Source: Spirulina sp. (lineage in GTDB: Bacteria > Cyanobacteriota > Cyanobacteriia > Phormidesmidales > Phormidesmidaceae). From it: a stretch of DNA of 64,000 nucleotides. The number at the start of each line of letters is the position of its first letter. Within the stretch, counting starts at the first letter, position 1. Both the position numbers and the translations under genes were made by a program. The notes under the pieces were generated by a model that worked only from the letters and a program-made list of their open reading frames with translations, made no database searches and had not been told where the DNA came from. Below are positions 40,463 through 49,748 of the stretch, piece after piece. The stretch spans positions 1 through 64,000 of the forward strand of contig JBIPSI010000001.1 in the NCBI GenBank assembly GCA_044070495.1, read 5' to 3'.

Positions 40463-40957
40463 CTACTCAGGGCGCAACATATCTCGCATGACGGCGGCAT
40501 TGATAAACCAAGCCGCGATTCCAGCAATGAGGCCCAAAATGATCGCTCCCACGATGGGCGTTACCATTACCGTGCCTACGAACTTTTGGACAAAGAGTGC
40601 GACTAGGGCAGCGGTACCAAAGGCAAAGAGTGAGTAGAACAGAATGGTTCGCACACCAAAGAAGAAAAACGGTCGATTCAGCAACTCTGGAGAGGCAAGC
40701 TGAAGCTCTTTGGCTTTCTTACCAAAGGTAAAAAATGCGATGCCTCCTAGAATGACCGACAATAAAAAGGCTGTCATTACCCCGGTGGAAAAAATGGTTT
40801 TCTCATGGGCAGATATGGTATCAACCGTCAACGGCACCACATCTTGACCGCGAAACATAAACCAGCCGATTACGCCATTGATTACCGCGTTGATAACGCC
40901 ACTGATGATCGCATCTTTTTGAATGCAATCTCTGGCATTGTGAGACGCAAAAGTCAT
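40463..40957 (-). CDS. Four-TM hypothetical membrane protein
   Basis: Four hydrophobic segments; first gene of the minus-strand run. Confidence 0.7.
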   Translation of the reverse strand: MTFASHNARDCIQKDAIISGVINAVINGVIGWFMFRGQDVVPLTVDTISAHEKTIFSTGVMTAFLLSVILGGIAFFTFGKKAKELQLASPELLNRPFFFFGVRTILFYSLFAFGTAALVALFVQKFVGTVMVTPIVGAIILGLIAGIAAWFINAAVMRDMLRPE

Positions 40958-41091
40958 AGATTTTCCTTTGGGAATCGGTCTTTTCTAACATTCCCAGGCA
41001 AGCATGGCATCAAAAGGTGAAAAATTTGTGTAATATGAAAAAGTATTGACCCTAAACTTTTTTGGCCTGCGACAAATCGATGTGAAGTTCT

Positions 41092-42288
41092 ATGAAAATC
41101 CTGCTAGTTTCCGCTGAGCAAGGGCAGCGAAAGGCGCTTCACCACGCCCTGTCTCGCCACAGTTTTATTGTGGATGTGGCCAGCGACGGGGAAGAAGCTT
41201 GGGACATGCTGAAAGCCTTTCGCTACGATGTGGTGCTGCTGGAGGTCCAGTTGCCGAAGTTGGATGGCCTTAGTCTGTGCCATCGTCTGCGGGAGGTGGG
41301 AAATCCGGTGCTGCTGTTGATGATGGTGGAGGCCGATGGGGCAACGACGGGGGTGCAGGGGCTAGACCACGGTGCCGATGCCTACTTGACCCTGCCCATC
41401 CAGGAAGATGAACTGCTGGCCCACCTCCGCGCCTTGGCCCGCCGGGGTTTTCGTCGGGCTGGCCCCACCTTTTACTGGGGGCCGCTGCGACTGGATCCAA
41501 TGGCTCAACAGATCACCTGCCAGGGGCAGGCGCTCAAACTCAATCGCAAGGAATATCAACTGCTGGAGCTATTTTTGAACCAGCCTCGCCGGATGTTCTC
41601 CCGTGGCGACATTGGCGACCGCATTTGGCCCCTGGAAAGCGACCTGCCCAGCGATGCCACGATTAAAAGCCATATCCGCAGCATTCGCCGCAAGTTAGAG
41701 CGGGCTGGTATTTTGGACTTTATTCAGACTCACTATGGCCAGGGCTATTGCCTCAATCCGGCCTACGATCCGGGCACGAAGGCGAAACCTCCTGTTACCA
41801 CCATGCCAGAACTGATGATGGACAGTATTACGGCCAACATCTGGCAAGAATTGATGGCTGCCAATGCCCAACTTACTCAAGAAATTGAGCAGCGCAAGCA
41901 AGTAGAAGCCCAACTGCGACGGTCAGAAGTGATGCTGCGGAATGCCCAGCGGGTGGCGCAAATTGGCTGTTGGGAGGCCACCATCAGCACCCGTGAGGTC
42001 TACTGGACGGAGGAAATGTACCTGATTCACGGCTTTGATCCTAGCGACCCGCCCCCCACCCCAGAGCAAATAGAAGCCCTGATTCACCCGGATGATCAGC
42101 AACTTCATGCGGACGTGATTCAGGCAGCGGCGCAGCGGGGAGAACCCTTTGAAGCAAATTTGCGTATTATTCGGGCCGATGGGGAGGTGCGCTACATCAA
42201 CGCCCGTGGGGGGCCGCTGTTTGACGATGACGGCAAGATGGTTAAACTCACCGGAACCACCTTTGATGTCACTCGCTGGCATCGGTAA
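41092..42288 (+). CDS. OmpR-type regulator: degenerate receiver + winged helix + C-terminal PAS
   Basis: LNRKEYQLLE...TIKSHIRSIRRKL...THYGQGY; PAS IHPDD...RIIRADGEVRYI...GTTFDVT. Confidence 0.85.
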   Translation: MKILLVSAEQGQRKALHHALSRHSFIVDVASDGEEAWDMLKAFRYDVVLLEVQLPKLDGLSLCHRLREVGNPVLLLMMVEADGATTGVQGLDHGADAYLTLPIQEDELLAHLRALARRGFRRAGPTFYWGPLRLDPMAQQITCQGQALKLNRKEYQLLELFLNQPRRMFSRGDIGDRIWPLESDLPSDATIKSHIRSIRRKLERAGILDFIQTHYGQGYCLNPAYDPGTKAKPPVTTMPELMMDSITANIWQELMAANAQLTQEIEQRKQVEAQLRRSEVMLRNAQRVAQIGCWEATISTREVYWTEEMYLIHGFDPSDPPPTPEQIEALIHPDDQQLHADVIQAAAQRGEPFEANLRIIRADGEVRYINARGGPLFDDDGKMVKLTGTTFDVTRWHR

Positions 42289-42360
42289 GGCTTTGGGAAA
42301 GGAGGCAAACCGAGCAATCACCAGGTCAGCAGTGGGGTCGATGCGGACGTGGGGCGAGTT

Positions 42361-42398
42361 GTCACAGAACCGCCACAGCCCTGTCACCTAGCTGTGAC
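42361..42398 (+). promoter_or_regulatory. Putative OmpR-type operator (three 11-bp-spaced GTCACA-like repeats)
   Basis: GTCACA 42361, GCCACA 42372, GTCACC 42383, inverted TGTGAC 42393. Confidence 0.5.
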
Positions 42399-42541
42399 AT
42401 AGGGTGCTTAAGGTGCCCAACAAGGTTAGTCGGTCGAGCCGTGATGCCCCATCGGTAAGACTCGACCTAACCTGTCTGTGCGATCAGCACTATTGATCAA
42501 CCGTTGATCAACCACAGACGATGCTAGATGAGGATTTATCC

Positions 42542-43018
42542 ATGCGAACCTCCCAATTTTTAACGGGCACCGTAGCGACCCTGTTGTTGATGGGTGCCCC
42601 TGGTGGAGCCGCCCTGGCGCAGGTATCGGCTCCTGCCCCTGCCCCCCAAACTCAGCTTTCCGAAAGCCAGATTGACCGCTTTGTTAGCGCCTATCAGGCC
42701 ATTCAAGCCATCCAGGAAGAGATTCAGCCTGACCTGATCATGGCGGTAGAATCCCAGGGTCTATCGGTGGAGGACTATAACCGCATCGCCGAGGCTCAGC
42801 AGTCCCCAGAGATGGCGGCGAATATTCCCGCCGATGAGACCGAACAATTTGCGGCGGCGGTGGAGCAGGTGAGGGCCATTCGCGCTGAAGCCCAGGCCGA
42901 AATGGAAACCGCCATTCAGGCGGAAAACCTTACCCCAGAGGAGTTTGGCCAAATTCTCACCCTGGCCCAGCAGGATCCCCAGGTGCAGGCCATCATTAGC
43001 GAGCGGCTGGCCCAATAG
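42542..43018 (+). CDS. DUF4168 exported protein
   Basis: Signal peptide; two repeats like FV.AY..IQ...VESQGLSVEDYNRI and QQDPQVQAII. Confidence 0.8.
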   Translation: MRTSQFLTGTVATLLLMGAPGGAALAQVSAPAPAPQTQLSESQIDRFVSAYQAIQAIQEEIQPDLIMAVESQGLSVEDYNRIAEAQQSPEMAANIPADETEQFAAAVEQVRAIRAEAQAEMETAIQAENLTPEEFGQILTLAQQDPQVQAIISERLAQ

Positions 43019-43054
43019 CCCCCTACACTCCTGCGAAGACTGCCCTACCGATTG

Positions 43055-43083
43055 GCCCCCTAACCGCGTTAGGGGGCTTTTTT
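43055..43083 (+). terminator. Rho-independent terminator
   Basis: GCCCCCTAAC-cgc-GTTAGGGGGC followed by a T-run. Confidence 0.8.
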
Positions 43084-43096
43084 ATGGCCCCATAGC

Positions 43097-44593
43097 CTAG
43101 CCTCCAACCCCTTGGCCAATCCAAGCCGACTGGGGCGGTAGATGTGCCCCCTCTGGCCCGATGTGGGCTTGGCGGTAGGCCCAGAGGGTTTCCCAGGTCT
43201 GGGTTGAGCTGGACTGATTCTCCCTGGACTGTCCGAATGCCTGGAGTTGCTGAGCCGTTAGCGTGGTTGCAACGTTCCCGGCATTGAGAACGACGAGGAT
43301 CGTTTCGGCGTCCCGGCCCTCGTCTTTCAGGGTTCTGGTGAACCCATAGGTGTTTCCCTCGGCATGGCAGACCTGGTAGGTGCCCGTACGCAGGGCGGGG
43401 TGTTGGTGGCGCAGGGCAATCAGGGCTTTGTGGATGTGCAAAAGTTCCCGATTCCAGGCCGACTCTGGCGGAAAGGTGCGGCGGCAGTCGGGGTCGAGTT
43501 CTCCGGGTAGGCCCACCTCGTCGCCATAGTAAAGGCTGGGGGCACCGGGAAAGGTCAGCAGCAGCACCGTTGCCAACACCACGCTGGCCTCGTCTTCCCC
43601 CACCACCGACAGCGCCCGCGCCACATCATGGCTAGAAAGCAGGTTGAGCTGAGTAAGCTGGATTTCCCAGGGATAGAGATCCAGCAACGCCTGAATCTTG
43701 GCCCCATAGCCCGCCGCATCCAGGGCCGGATAGGGAAAATAGTGGGGAATTTCCACCAACTCCCGCCGCACCCGATCCCCCGCCGCAAAGGCCAGGGTTG
43801 GCCCAGTAAATAGGTAGTTCATCACCCCATCAAACTGGGTGCCATCGAGCCACTGGCGGGCATCCGTCCACACTTCGCCGACGATGTAAGCATCAGAATT
43901 AATGGCCTTAATACGATCCCGAAACTCCTGCCAAAAGCCCGCTGTCTTCACCTCGTAGGGCACATCCAGCCGCCAGCCATCAATGCCCTGGCGCACCCAA
44001 TATTCCCCCACCCGCATCAGGTATTCCCGTGCCGCCGGATGGTCGTGGTTAAAGGTGGGCAGGGCGCGATTATCCACCCAGCTTTGATAATTGGCTGGCC
44101 TACTGCCATCGTAGGCCGACAGGGGCCACCCCTCCACCCGAAACCACTCTAGCCAGGGGGAATGGGGGCCATTTTCCAAAATGTCGTTAAAAAAGAAAAA
44201 GCCTCGGCTAGCATGGTTAAAAACCCCATCCAACACCACCTTCATGTCCCGCTGGTGGGCGGCCTCTAAAAGGTCAAAAAATGCCGCATTTCCCCCCAAT
44301 AATGGATCAACCTGGTAGTAATCGTGGGTGTGGTAGCGGTGGTTGCTGGCCGACTGGAAAATCGGCGTGAAGTAGATTGCCGTAATCCCCAAGTCTTGCA
44401 AATAGTCCAGCTTTTCGAGGACTCCCCACAGGTCACCCCCCTTATAGCCAAACAAGGTTGGCGGTTCATCCCACGGCTCCAAGGCCACCGCCATCGCTGG
44501 GTTATCTACCCGCCGCTGGGTACGGGCCATGCGATCCGGAAAAATCTGGTAAAACACCGCCTGTTTCACCCAGTCCGGCGTTTGAATAGCCAT
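43097..44593 (-). CDS. GH13 neopullulanase/cyclomaltodextrinase
   Basis: FYQIFPDR, DGVFNH, GWRLDV, GEVW, SHD, YYGDE. Confidence 0.92.
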   Translation of the reverse strand: MAIQTPDWVKQAVFYQIFPDRMARTQRRVDNPAMAVALEPWDEPPTLFGYKGGDLWGVLEKLDYLQDLGITAIYFTPIFQSASNHRYHTHDYYQVDPLLGGNAAFFDLLEAAHQRDMKVVLDGVFNHASRGFFFFNDILENGPHSPWLEWFRVEGWPLSAYDGSRPANYQSWVDNRALPTFNHDHPAAREYLMRVGEYWVRQGIDGWRLDVPYEVKTAGFWQEFRDRIKAINSDAYIVGEVWTDARQWLDGTQFDGVMNYLFTGPTLAFAAGDRVRRELVEIPHYFPYPALDAAGYGAKIQALLDLYPWEIQLTQLNLLSSHDVARALSVVGEDEASVVLATVLLLTFPGAPSLYYGDEVGLPGELDPDCRRTFPPESAWNRELLHIHKALIALRHQHPALRTGTYQVCHAEGNTYGFTRTLKDEGRDAETILVVLNAGNVATTLTAQQLQAFGQSRENQSSSTQTWETLWAYRQAHIGPEGAHLPPQSAWIGQGVGG

Positions 44594-44683
44594 GCCCTCT
44601 GCCTCGGTTGCTACCCCGTTAGGCTATCGTCATCTGCCAACCCTGGCTAGGGGAAGCCCATCGGGTAGAATATTACTGATCCT

Positions 44684-44757
44684 GGGGCTGTAGCTCAGCA
44701 GGATAGAGCGACCGCCTCCTAAGCGGTAGGTCGCGGGTTCAAATCCCGCCAGCCCTG
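44684..44757 (+). tRNA. tRNA-Arg(CCT)
   Basis: GGGGCTG/CAGCCCT acceptor stem, anticodon loop CTCCTAA, T-loop GGTTCAAATCC. Confidence 0.95.
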
Positions 44758-44760
44758 TAG

Positions 44761-44791
44761 CCCAAAGCCCTTGCATTGCAAGGGCTTTGGG
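44761..44791 (+). terminator. Hairpin after tRNA
   Basis: CCCAAAGCCCTTGCA-T-TGCAAGGGCTTTGGG inverted repeat. Confidence 0.65.
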
Positions 44792-44980
44792 TGTTTAGGG
44801 GAACTTTTAATCCCCTTGCGAACTCCCCTCTCTCCCAAATCCACGGAAACGTATTGTTCTCGTCATGGTCGATGATGGTGCTAGAGGTGGATGTCTGTGG
44901 CCCCTGCCTGCATCAGGTCATCCACAAAGCCGGGCCAATGCGCTTGGGCCACTCGTTGACTTATAAAAGGCCTAAAGACG

Positions 44981-45024
44981 TTTTATCCGGTTATCAGGAA
45001 ACTCTCAGGTGCGGTTGCTAGGTT
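44981..45024 (+). promoter_or_regulatory. Putative OmpR-family box plus -10 upstream of the kinase
   Basis: TTTTATC-N6-TCAGG-N6-TCAGG-N9-TAGGTT; the same layout recurs at 47463. Confidence 0.6.
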
Positions 45025-45071
45025 TAAGGGTGTGACGCGCTAGGGTTGGCGCATTCCTGAGAATTCCTAGG

Positions 45072-46547
45072 GTGGCTATGGCACCGATGCGGTATCGCTT
45101 ACGAACATTTCTCCACCGCTGGATTGACCTCAACTCGCTTCAGGTGCGGCTCACCGCTGGAGTAGTCTTAGCGTCGTTGGTGGCGATGGCGGGGTTAACC
45201 GGATGGCTGGGCTGGCGTACCCAGGCAATTTTGCTGGATAGTCACGTCCATCAGGCCAGTTTGGTGGTGGCCCGCTTTCGAGAGGATGTCGATTCCTACG
45301 CAGATCAGATGTCTGTTCAAATGGCGATGCAGAAGGTGATCAACCACCGCACCACCGGGGATTTAGCCCTATGGGTGACGACTTCAGCGGGGGATGTGGT
45401 AGCCCAGTCGGAAACCCTCACCATGGGGTCTTGGCAGGGATCTGGGGTGGCTGAGGCGCTGCTTACCCAGGCGATGGCGGAAGGGATTGCGATCCAGCCG
45501 ATTCAGACCTGGGTGTTTGTGGTCTGTGCCGAGCCGTTAGCCATGGAGGGCTTCCCCACCGCCACCCTGCACCTCGCCAACGACATCACGGCAGAATACC
45601 AGGGGCTTCAGCAGTTGATTCGGATGCTGTGGCTGACCGGGTTGGTGATGGTGGCGCTCCTCGCCCTGGTCTGCACGCTGTATATCCGTCGTGCCCTGCG
45701 GCCCATTCGCCAGATCAATCACCTCGCCAGCCAGGTGACGGTAGACAACCTAGGCCAGCAGACCTTTTCGCTGCCCGCCGCCCCCACAGAGGTGGCTGAG
45801 TTGGTGCAGACCTATAACCTGATGCTGACCCGACTGGCCAAGGCTTGGGCACAGCAGAAGCGGTTTATCAACGATATTTCCCACGAGCTACGCACGCCGC
45901 TGACCCTGGTGCAGGGCTATCTAGACAGCACCCTGCGACGGGCCGATACCCTCACCCCACCCCAGCGCCAGGGGCTAGAAATTGCCGCCGCCGAAACCCA
46001 CCGCACCATTCATCTATTAACGGAACTGCTGGAACTGGCCCGCCTCGACAACCACCAGCGAACCCTGACCCTGGCCCCCGCCGACCTGGTGGATATCGTC
46101 AAAACGGCTATCGCTGTGGTGGTGGATGAGGCGATCCCAAAAACCGATAGCCCGTCCCGAATTCAACTGGAGACCCCAGGCGTGTCCCCGGTGGTGCAGG
46201 TGGATCGAGACAAGCTGGTGGCCGCCCTAGTGGAACTGCTGGACAATGCCCTGCGCTATTCGGACACCCACCAGCCGATTCGGGTGCAGGTGTTGGCTCA
46301 GCCAGATTGGGCCTTGGTGCAAATCCACGACCAGGGGCCAGGGATTCCGGCCCAGGATCAAACGGGGGTATTCGACCCCTTCTACCGGGTGGATGAGAAT
46401 CGATCTCGCCAGGGCGGCGGCACGGGCTTGGGGCTGACCCTAGTGCGGTCGTTGGTGGAGGCGATGGCGGGCCAGGTGAGTTTGCGATCCCAGCCCCAGC
46501 AAGGCTGTGTGTTTACCATTGCGCTGCCCCGATCATCGGCAGGGTAG
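45072..46547 (+). CDS. Membrane sensor histidine kinase (HAMP-HisKA-HATPase)
   Basis: Two TMs, ISHELRTPLT, DNALRYS, DQGPGI, GGTGLGL. Confidence 0.95.
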   Translation: MAMAPMRYRLRTFLHRWIDLNSLQVRLTAGVVLASLVAMAGLTGWLGWRTQAILLDSHVHQASLVVARFREDVDSYADQMSVQMAMQKVINHRTTGDLALWVTTSAGDVVAQSETLTMGSWQGSGVAEALLTQAMAEGIAIQPIQTWVFVVCAEPLAMEGFPTATLHLANDITAEYQGLQQLIRMLWLTGLVMVALLALVCTLYIRRALRPIRQINHLASQVTVDNLGQQTFSLPAAPTEVAELVQTYNLMLTRLAKAWAQQKRFINDISHELRTPLTLVQGYLDSTLRRADTLTPPQRQGLEIAAAETHRTIHLLTELLELARLDNHQRTLTLAPADLVDIVKTAIAVVVDEAIPKTDSPSRIQLETPGVSPVVQVDRDKLVAALVELLDNALRYSDTHQPIRVQVLAQPDWALVQIHDQGPGIPAQDQTGVFDPFYRVDENRSRQGGGTGLGLTLVRSLVEAMAGQVSLRSQPQQGCVFTIALPRSSAG

Positions 46548-46608
46548 CGGAGACCGTAGGGGCGAGATCTCCTCGCCCGCTGATACTCAACAGGAGGCAA
46601 GGCAGGCG

Positions 46609-47304
46609 ATGACAGCAAAGACGTTAGCGAAGATTCTCATGGTAGACGATGAGGCGAACCTGGCCCAGTTTGTGAAGCTTGAGCTGACCTACGAAGGCTA
46701 TGAGGTGAACGTGGCCCACGATGGTCTATCGGGGTTGATGGCGGCTCGCGACCAAGAACCCGACCTGATCATCCTGGATTGGATGATGCCGGGACTGAGC
46801 GGGGTGGAGGTCTGTCGTCGTCTGCGCCAAACCGGATCAAAAACCCCGATTATTTTGCTGACAGCCAAGGACGACATCAGCGACCGGGTGGAAGGGCTAG
46901 ACGCTGGAGCCAATGACTATGTGGTTAAACCCTTCAGCATCGAGGAACTGATGGCGCGGGTGAGGGCACAACTGCGATCCCTCCAACCCCAGGAGGCCGA
47001 GCAGTTAGTCTATGCTGACCTCAGCCTAGACCGCAAAAGCCGCCAGGTGGTTCGTAATGGGCGATCCATTGAGCTAACCGCCAAGGAGTTTGACCTGCTG
47101 GATTACCTGATGACCTACCCGCGCCAGGTGCTCACCCGCGACCGCATCCTCGAAGAAGTGTGGGGCTACGACTTCATGGGCGACTCCAACATCATTGAGG
47201 TCTATATTCGCTACCTGCGCCTAAAACTGGAGGCCGAGGGCGAACCCCGCCTGATCCAAACCGTGCGCGGCGTCGGCTACGTGCTGCGAGAAGCCGCTTT
47301 CTAA
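46609..47304 (+). CDS. OmpR-family response regulator
   Basis: VDDE, LDWMMPG, LTA, KPF, LTAKEFDLL, IQTVRGVGY; AGGAGG upstream. Confidence 0.95.
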   Translation: MTAKTLAKILMVDDEANLAQFVKLELTYEGYEVNVAHDGLSGLMAARDQEPDLIILDWMMPGLSGVEVCRRLRQTGSKTPIILLTAKDDISDRVEGLDAGANDYVVKPFSIEELMARVRAQLRSLQPQEAEQLVYADLSLDRKSRQVVRNGRSIELTAKEFDLLDYLMTYPRQVLTRDRILEEVWGYDFMGDSNIIEVYIRYLRLKLEAEGEPRLIQTVRGVGYVLREAAF

Positions 47305-47462
47305 GCCTAGTTTTTTACCTTAAGGAGATTTCTGGAAAATGTTCTCCCCCATGGTGGGCAGTGCCCACTCTACGGTGGCTATAGTCGCCGCCTAAAGCAG
47401 GGATCTTTTTTCCTAGAAGTCTCTTAGCTTCTCAGCTTCCTCTCATTGTATTTTAGGCTACT

Positions 47463-47506
47463 TTCTATCAACCATTCAGGGAAGACTCAGGCCAGCCTCG
47501 CACCAT
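47463..47506 (+). promoter_or_regulatory. Putative OmpR-family box plus -10 upstream of the microprotein gene
   Basis: TTCTATC-N6-TCAGG-N6-TCAGG-N9-CACCAT. Confidence 0.6.
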
Positions 47507-47561
47507 GGGAACTGTAAACCCCATAGGAAACGAGGGACATTCCCCTCGTTAGGAGGAACTC

Positions 47562-47735
47562 ATGAAACGGACCATCATCTCTGGTTTGACGATTCTAATC
47601 TCCAGCTTGACCCTGGCTTCGGCGGCGATGGCCTCCCAAACGACGATCCACGATTTAGCCGCAGACTTAAATGGCGATGGCGTGGTCACCCTGGGAGAAC
47701 TGGTGAAGCACAACCGCGACCAGCGGCAATCCTAA
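47562..47735 (+). CDS. 57-aa secreted microprotein with one EF-hand-like loop (absent from the ORF track)
   Basis: AGGAGG at 47551; MKRTIISGLTILISSLTLASAAMA-SQTTIHDLAADLNGDGVVTLGELVKHNRDQRQS*. Confidence 0.8.
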   Translation: MKRTIISGLTILISSLTLASAAMASQTTIHDLAADLNGDGVVTLGELVKHNRDQRQS

Positions 47736-47746
47736 GGGGATATTTG

Positions 47747-47780
47747 GACAGTGGTAGTGCATTAATGCACTACCACTGTC
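47747..47780. repeat. Perfect 34-bp palindrome between convergent genes
   Basis: GACAGTGGTAGTGCATT|AATGCACTACCACTGTC. Confidence 0.85.
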
Positions 47781-48830
47781 TTATTCGGCCTTAAGCAAAA
47801 TGATTTCCTGGCGCAGGCCGGAGAGAGTGGATTGTCCGGTACAAAACAGGACGGTTTTGATCTCCGCAATCAAAACCTCAGCCAGGGTAGCAACGGCTTC
47901 TTCCGAGTCGCTGGCGGCTTTGAGGAAGGGATAGGCCAGCCCGGCCAGGTCGGCCCCTAGGGCGAGGGTTTTGGCTACGTCTAGCCCGTTGCGGAGGCCA
48001 CCGGAGGCAATCAGCGGCAGGGTGGGGGCCACTTGGCGGGCAGCGATCAAGCAATCGGCGGTGGGGATGCCCCAATCGGCAAAGGTTTGGCCCAGGCGGC
48101 GCTGGATGGGGTCAACGGCCCGTTCGCTTTCTACCTTGGCCCAGGAGGTACCCCCGGCCCCAGCCACATCCACCGCCGAGACTCCGACCTCCATCAGTCG
48201 TTTCACCAAAGGCGCAGAAATACCGTTGCCCACTTCTTTCACGACCACAGGGACGGGCAGGGCGGCGCAGATTTGCCCAATTTTGGCGATCAGCCCCTTA
48301 AAGTTGGTGTCGCCACGGGTTTGCACCGCCTCTTGCAGGGGGTTGAGGTGCAAAATTAGGGCGCTGGCTTCCAGGTGTTCCACCACCCGACGGCATTGGT
48401 CGATGTCGTAGCCGTAGTTGAACTGCACTGCCCCCAGGTTGGCCAGCAGCAAAATATCCGGGGCCACCTCCCGTACTCTAAAGGTGGTGATCAGGGCGGG
48501 GTTTTCTATCGCCACCCGCTGGGAACCCACCCCCATGGCCAACCCGTAGCGCTGGGCCGCCGCCGCCAGCCGTTGGTTGATGCGATGGGCTTCCTCGGTG
48601 CCGCCCGTCATGGAAGAAATCAGCAGCGGTGCCCCCAGACGATGGCCCAAAAACGTGGTGCCCAGGTCAAGATCCTGCCAATCTACCTCTGGCAGGGCAC
48701 AATGGCGAAACCGAAACCGCTCCAACCCTGTGGTGACCTGGCGGCACTGCACACCCTCGTCTAGGCAAATCCGAATGTGATCCGCTTTGCGGGTCTGGGT
48801 TTCGTGGGCAGCAATGGGCGATACAGTCAC
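47781..48830 (-). CDS. fni: Type 2 isopentenyl-diphosphate isomerase
   Basis: [40 protein letters not shown]. Confidence 0.97.
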   Translation of the reverse strand: MTVSPIAAHETQTRKADHIRICLDEGVQCRQVTTGLERFRFRHCALPEVDWQDLDLGTTFLGHRLGAPLLISSMTGGTEEAHRINQRLAAAAQRYGLAMGVGSQRVAIENPALITTFRVREVAPDILLLANLGAVQFNYGYDIDQCRRVVEHLEASALILHLNPLQEAVQTRGDTNFKGLIAKIGQICAALPVPVVVKEVGNGISAPLVKRLMEVGVSAVDVAGAGGTSWAKVESERAVDPIQRRLGQTFADWGIPTADCLIAARQVAPTLPLIASGGLRNGLDVAKTLALGADLAGLAYPFLKAASDSEEAVATLAEVLIAEIKTVLFCTGQSTLSGLRQEIILLKAE

Positions 48831-49013
48831 AGGGTTAGCTCAGCAACGTTCGCTTTCCATAGTAGGAAAGAACGGCGGTCTGGGCATAGGGGACGACCTC
48901 ACCCAACTCCAAATCCCTGATGCTGAGTAGCGCATTGTTCAGCCGGACAAGGAAACCTTGCCTCGACCGTTGGCTGGCATGGTTTTGACTTCTGACTTCT
49001 GACTCCCGACTCC

Positions 49014-49562
49014 CTAACCTTCCGGCTTCAACAACTGCACCCCATCCCGACCATCGGTATCGTGCAAAAACACCTTCACCAGTTCGTCCTTGGCGGTGGG
49101 CAGCACTCGACCGACAAAATCGGGGTGGATGGGCAGTTCCCGGTGGCCTCGGTCTACCAGGACAGCCAGACGAATGGCACTGGGACGGCCATAGTCCAGC
49201 ACGGCATTGAGGGCGGCGCGGATGGTGCGTCCGCTGTAGATCACGTCATCCACCAGAACGACGACTTTATTGGTGAGGTCGAAGGGAATTTTGGTACGGG
49301 CGGGGGTGCGGGTGCTAATTTTGTCCAGATCGTCGCGGTAGAGGGTGATGTCGATGGCCCCCACCGGCAACTGCACCTCTTCCATGCGCTGAATTTGGTG
49401 GGCCAGCATGTGGGCGAGGGGCACCCCACGGGTATAGATGCCCAGCAGCACCAGATGGCGCAGGTCGCCCCCCCGCTCAATCACCTCCGAGGATAGACGA
49501 TTGAGGGTGCGCCGCATTTCTTCGGCAGACAAAATTTCAACAACGGGACTGCTGGCACTCAT
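49014..49562 (-). CDS. pyrR: PyrR regulator/uracil phosphoribosyltransferase
   Basis: [41 protein letters not shown]. Confidence 0.97.
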   Translation of the reverse strand: MSASSPVVEILSAEEMRRTLNRLSSEVIERGGDLRHLVLLGIYTRGVPLAHMLAHQIQRMEEVQLPVGAIDITLYRDDLDKISTRTPARTKIPFDLTNKVVVLVDDVIYSGRTIRAALNAVLDYGRPSAIRLAVLVDRGHRELPIHPDFVGRVLPTAKDELVKVFLHDTDGRDGVQLLKPEG

Positions 49563-49748
49563 GGGGGCTACCTGGGCGGTAAAGAAGACCGGAAATACAA
49601 GATATCACCGACCCACACTATACCCGACCTCTCCTTGTCTAGCTTCACCGACGGTCACGTCCAGGAGGATGGGTGCTGGGGTATGCGCTGACCGTTGGAA
49701 CGGCGACGGCGTTGGACTTAGGCATCAGACTGAGATGAACGACAACGG

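Noticed and set aside
44684..47780. Island integrated at tRNA-Arg
   Set aside because: No integrase and no duplicated tRNA 3' end seen.
49563..49748. PyrR attenuator
   Set aside because: No recognisable PyrR-binding loop or terminator with a U-tract.
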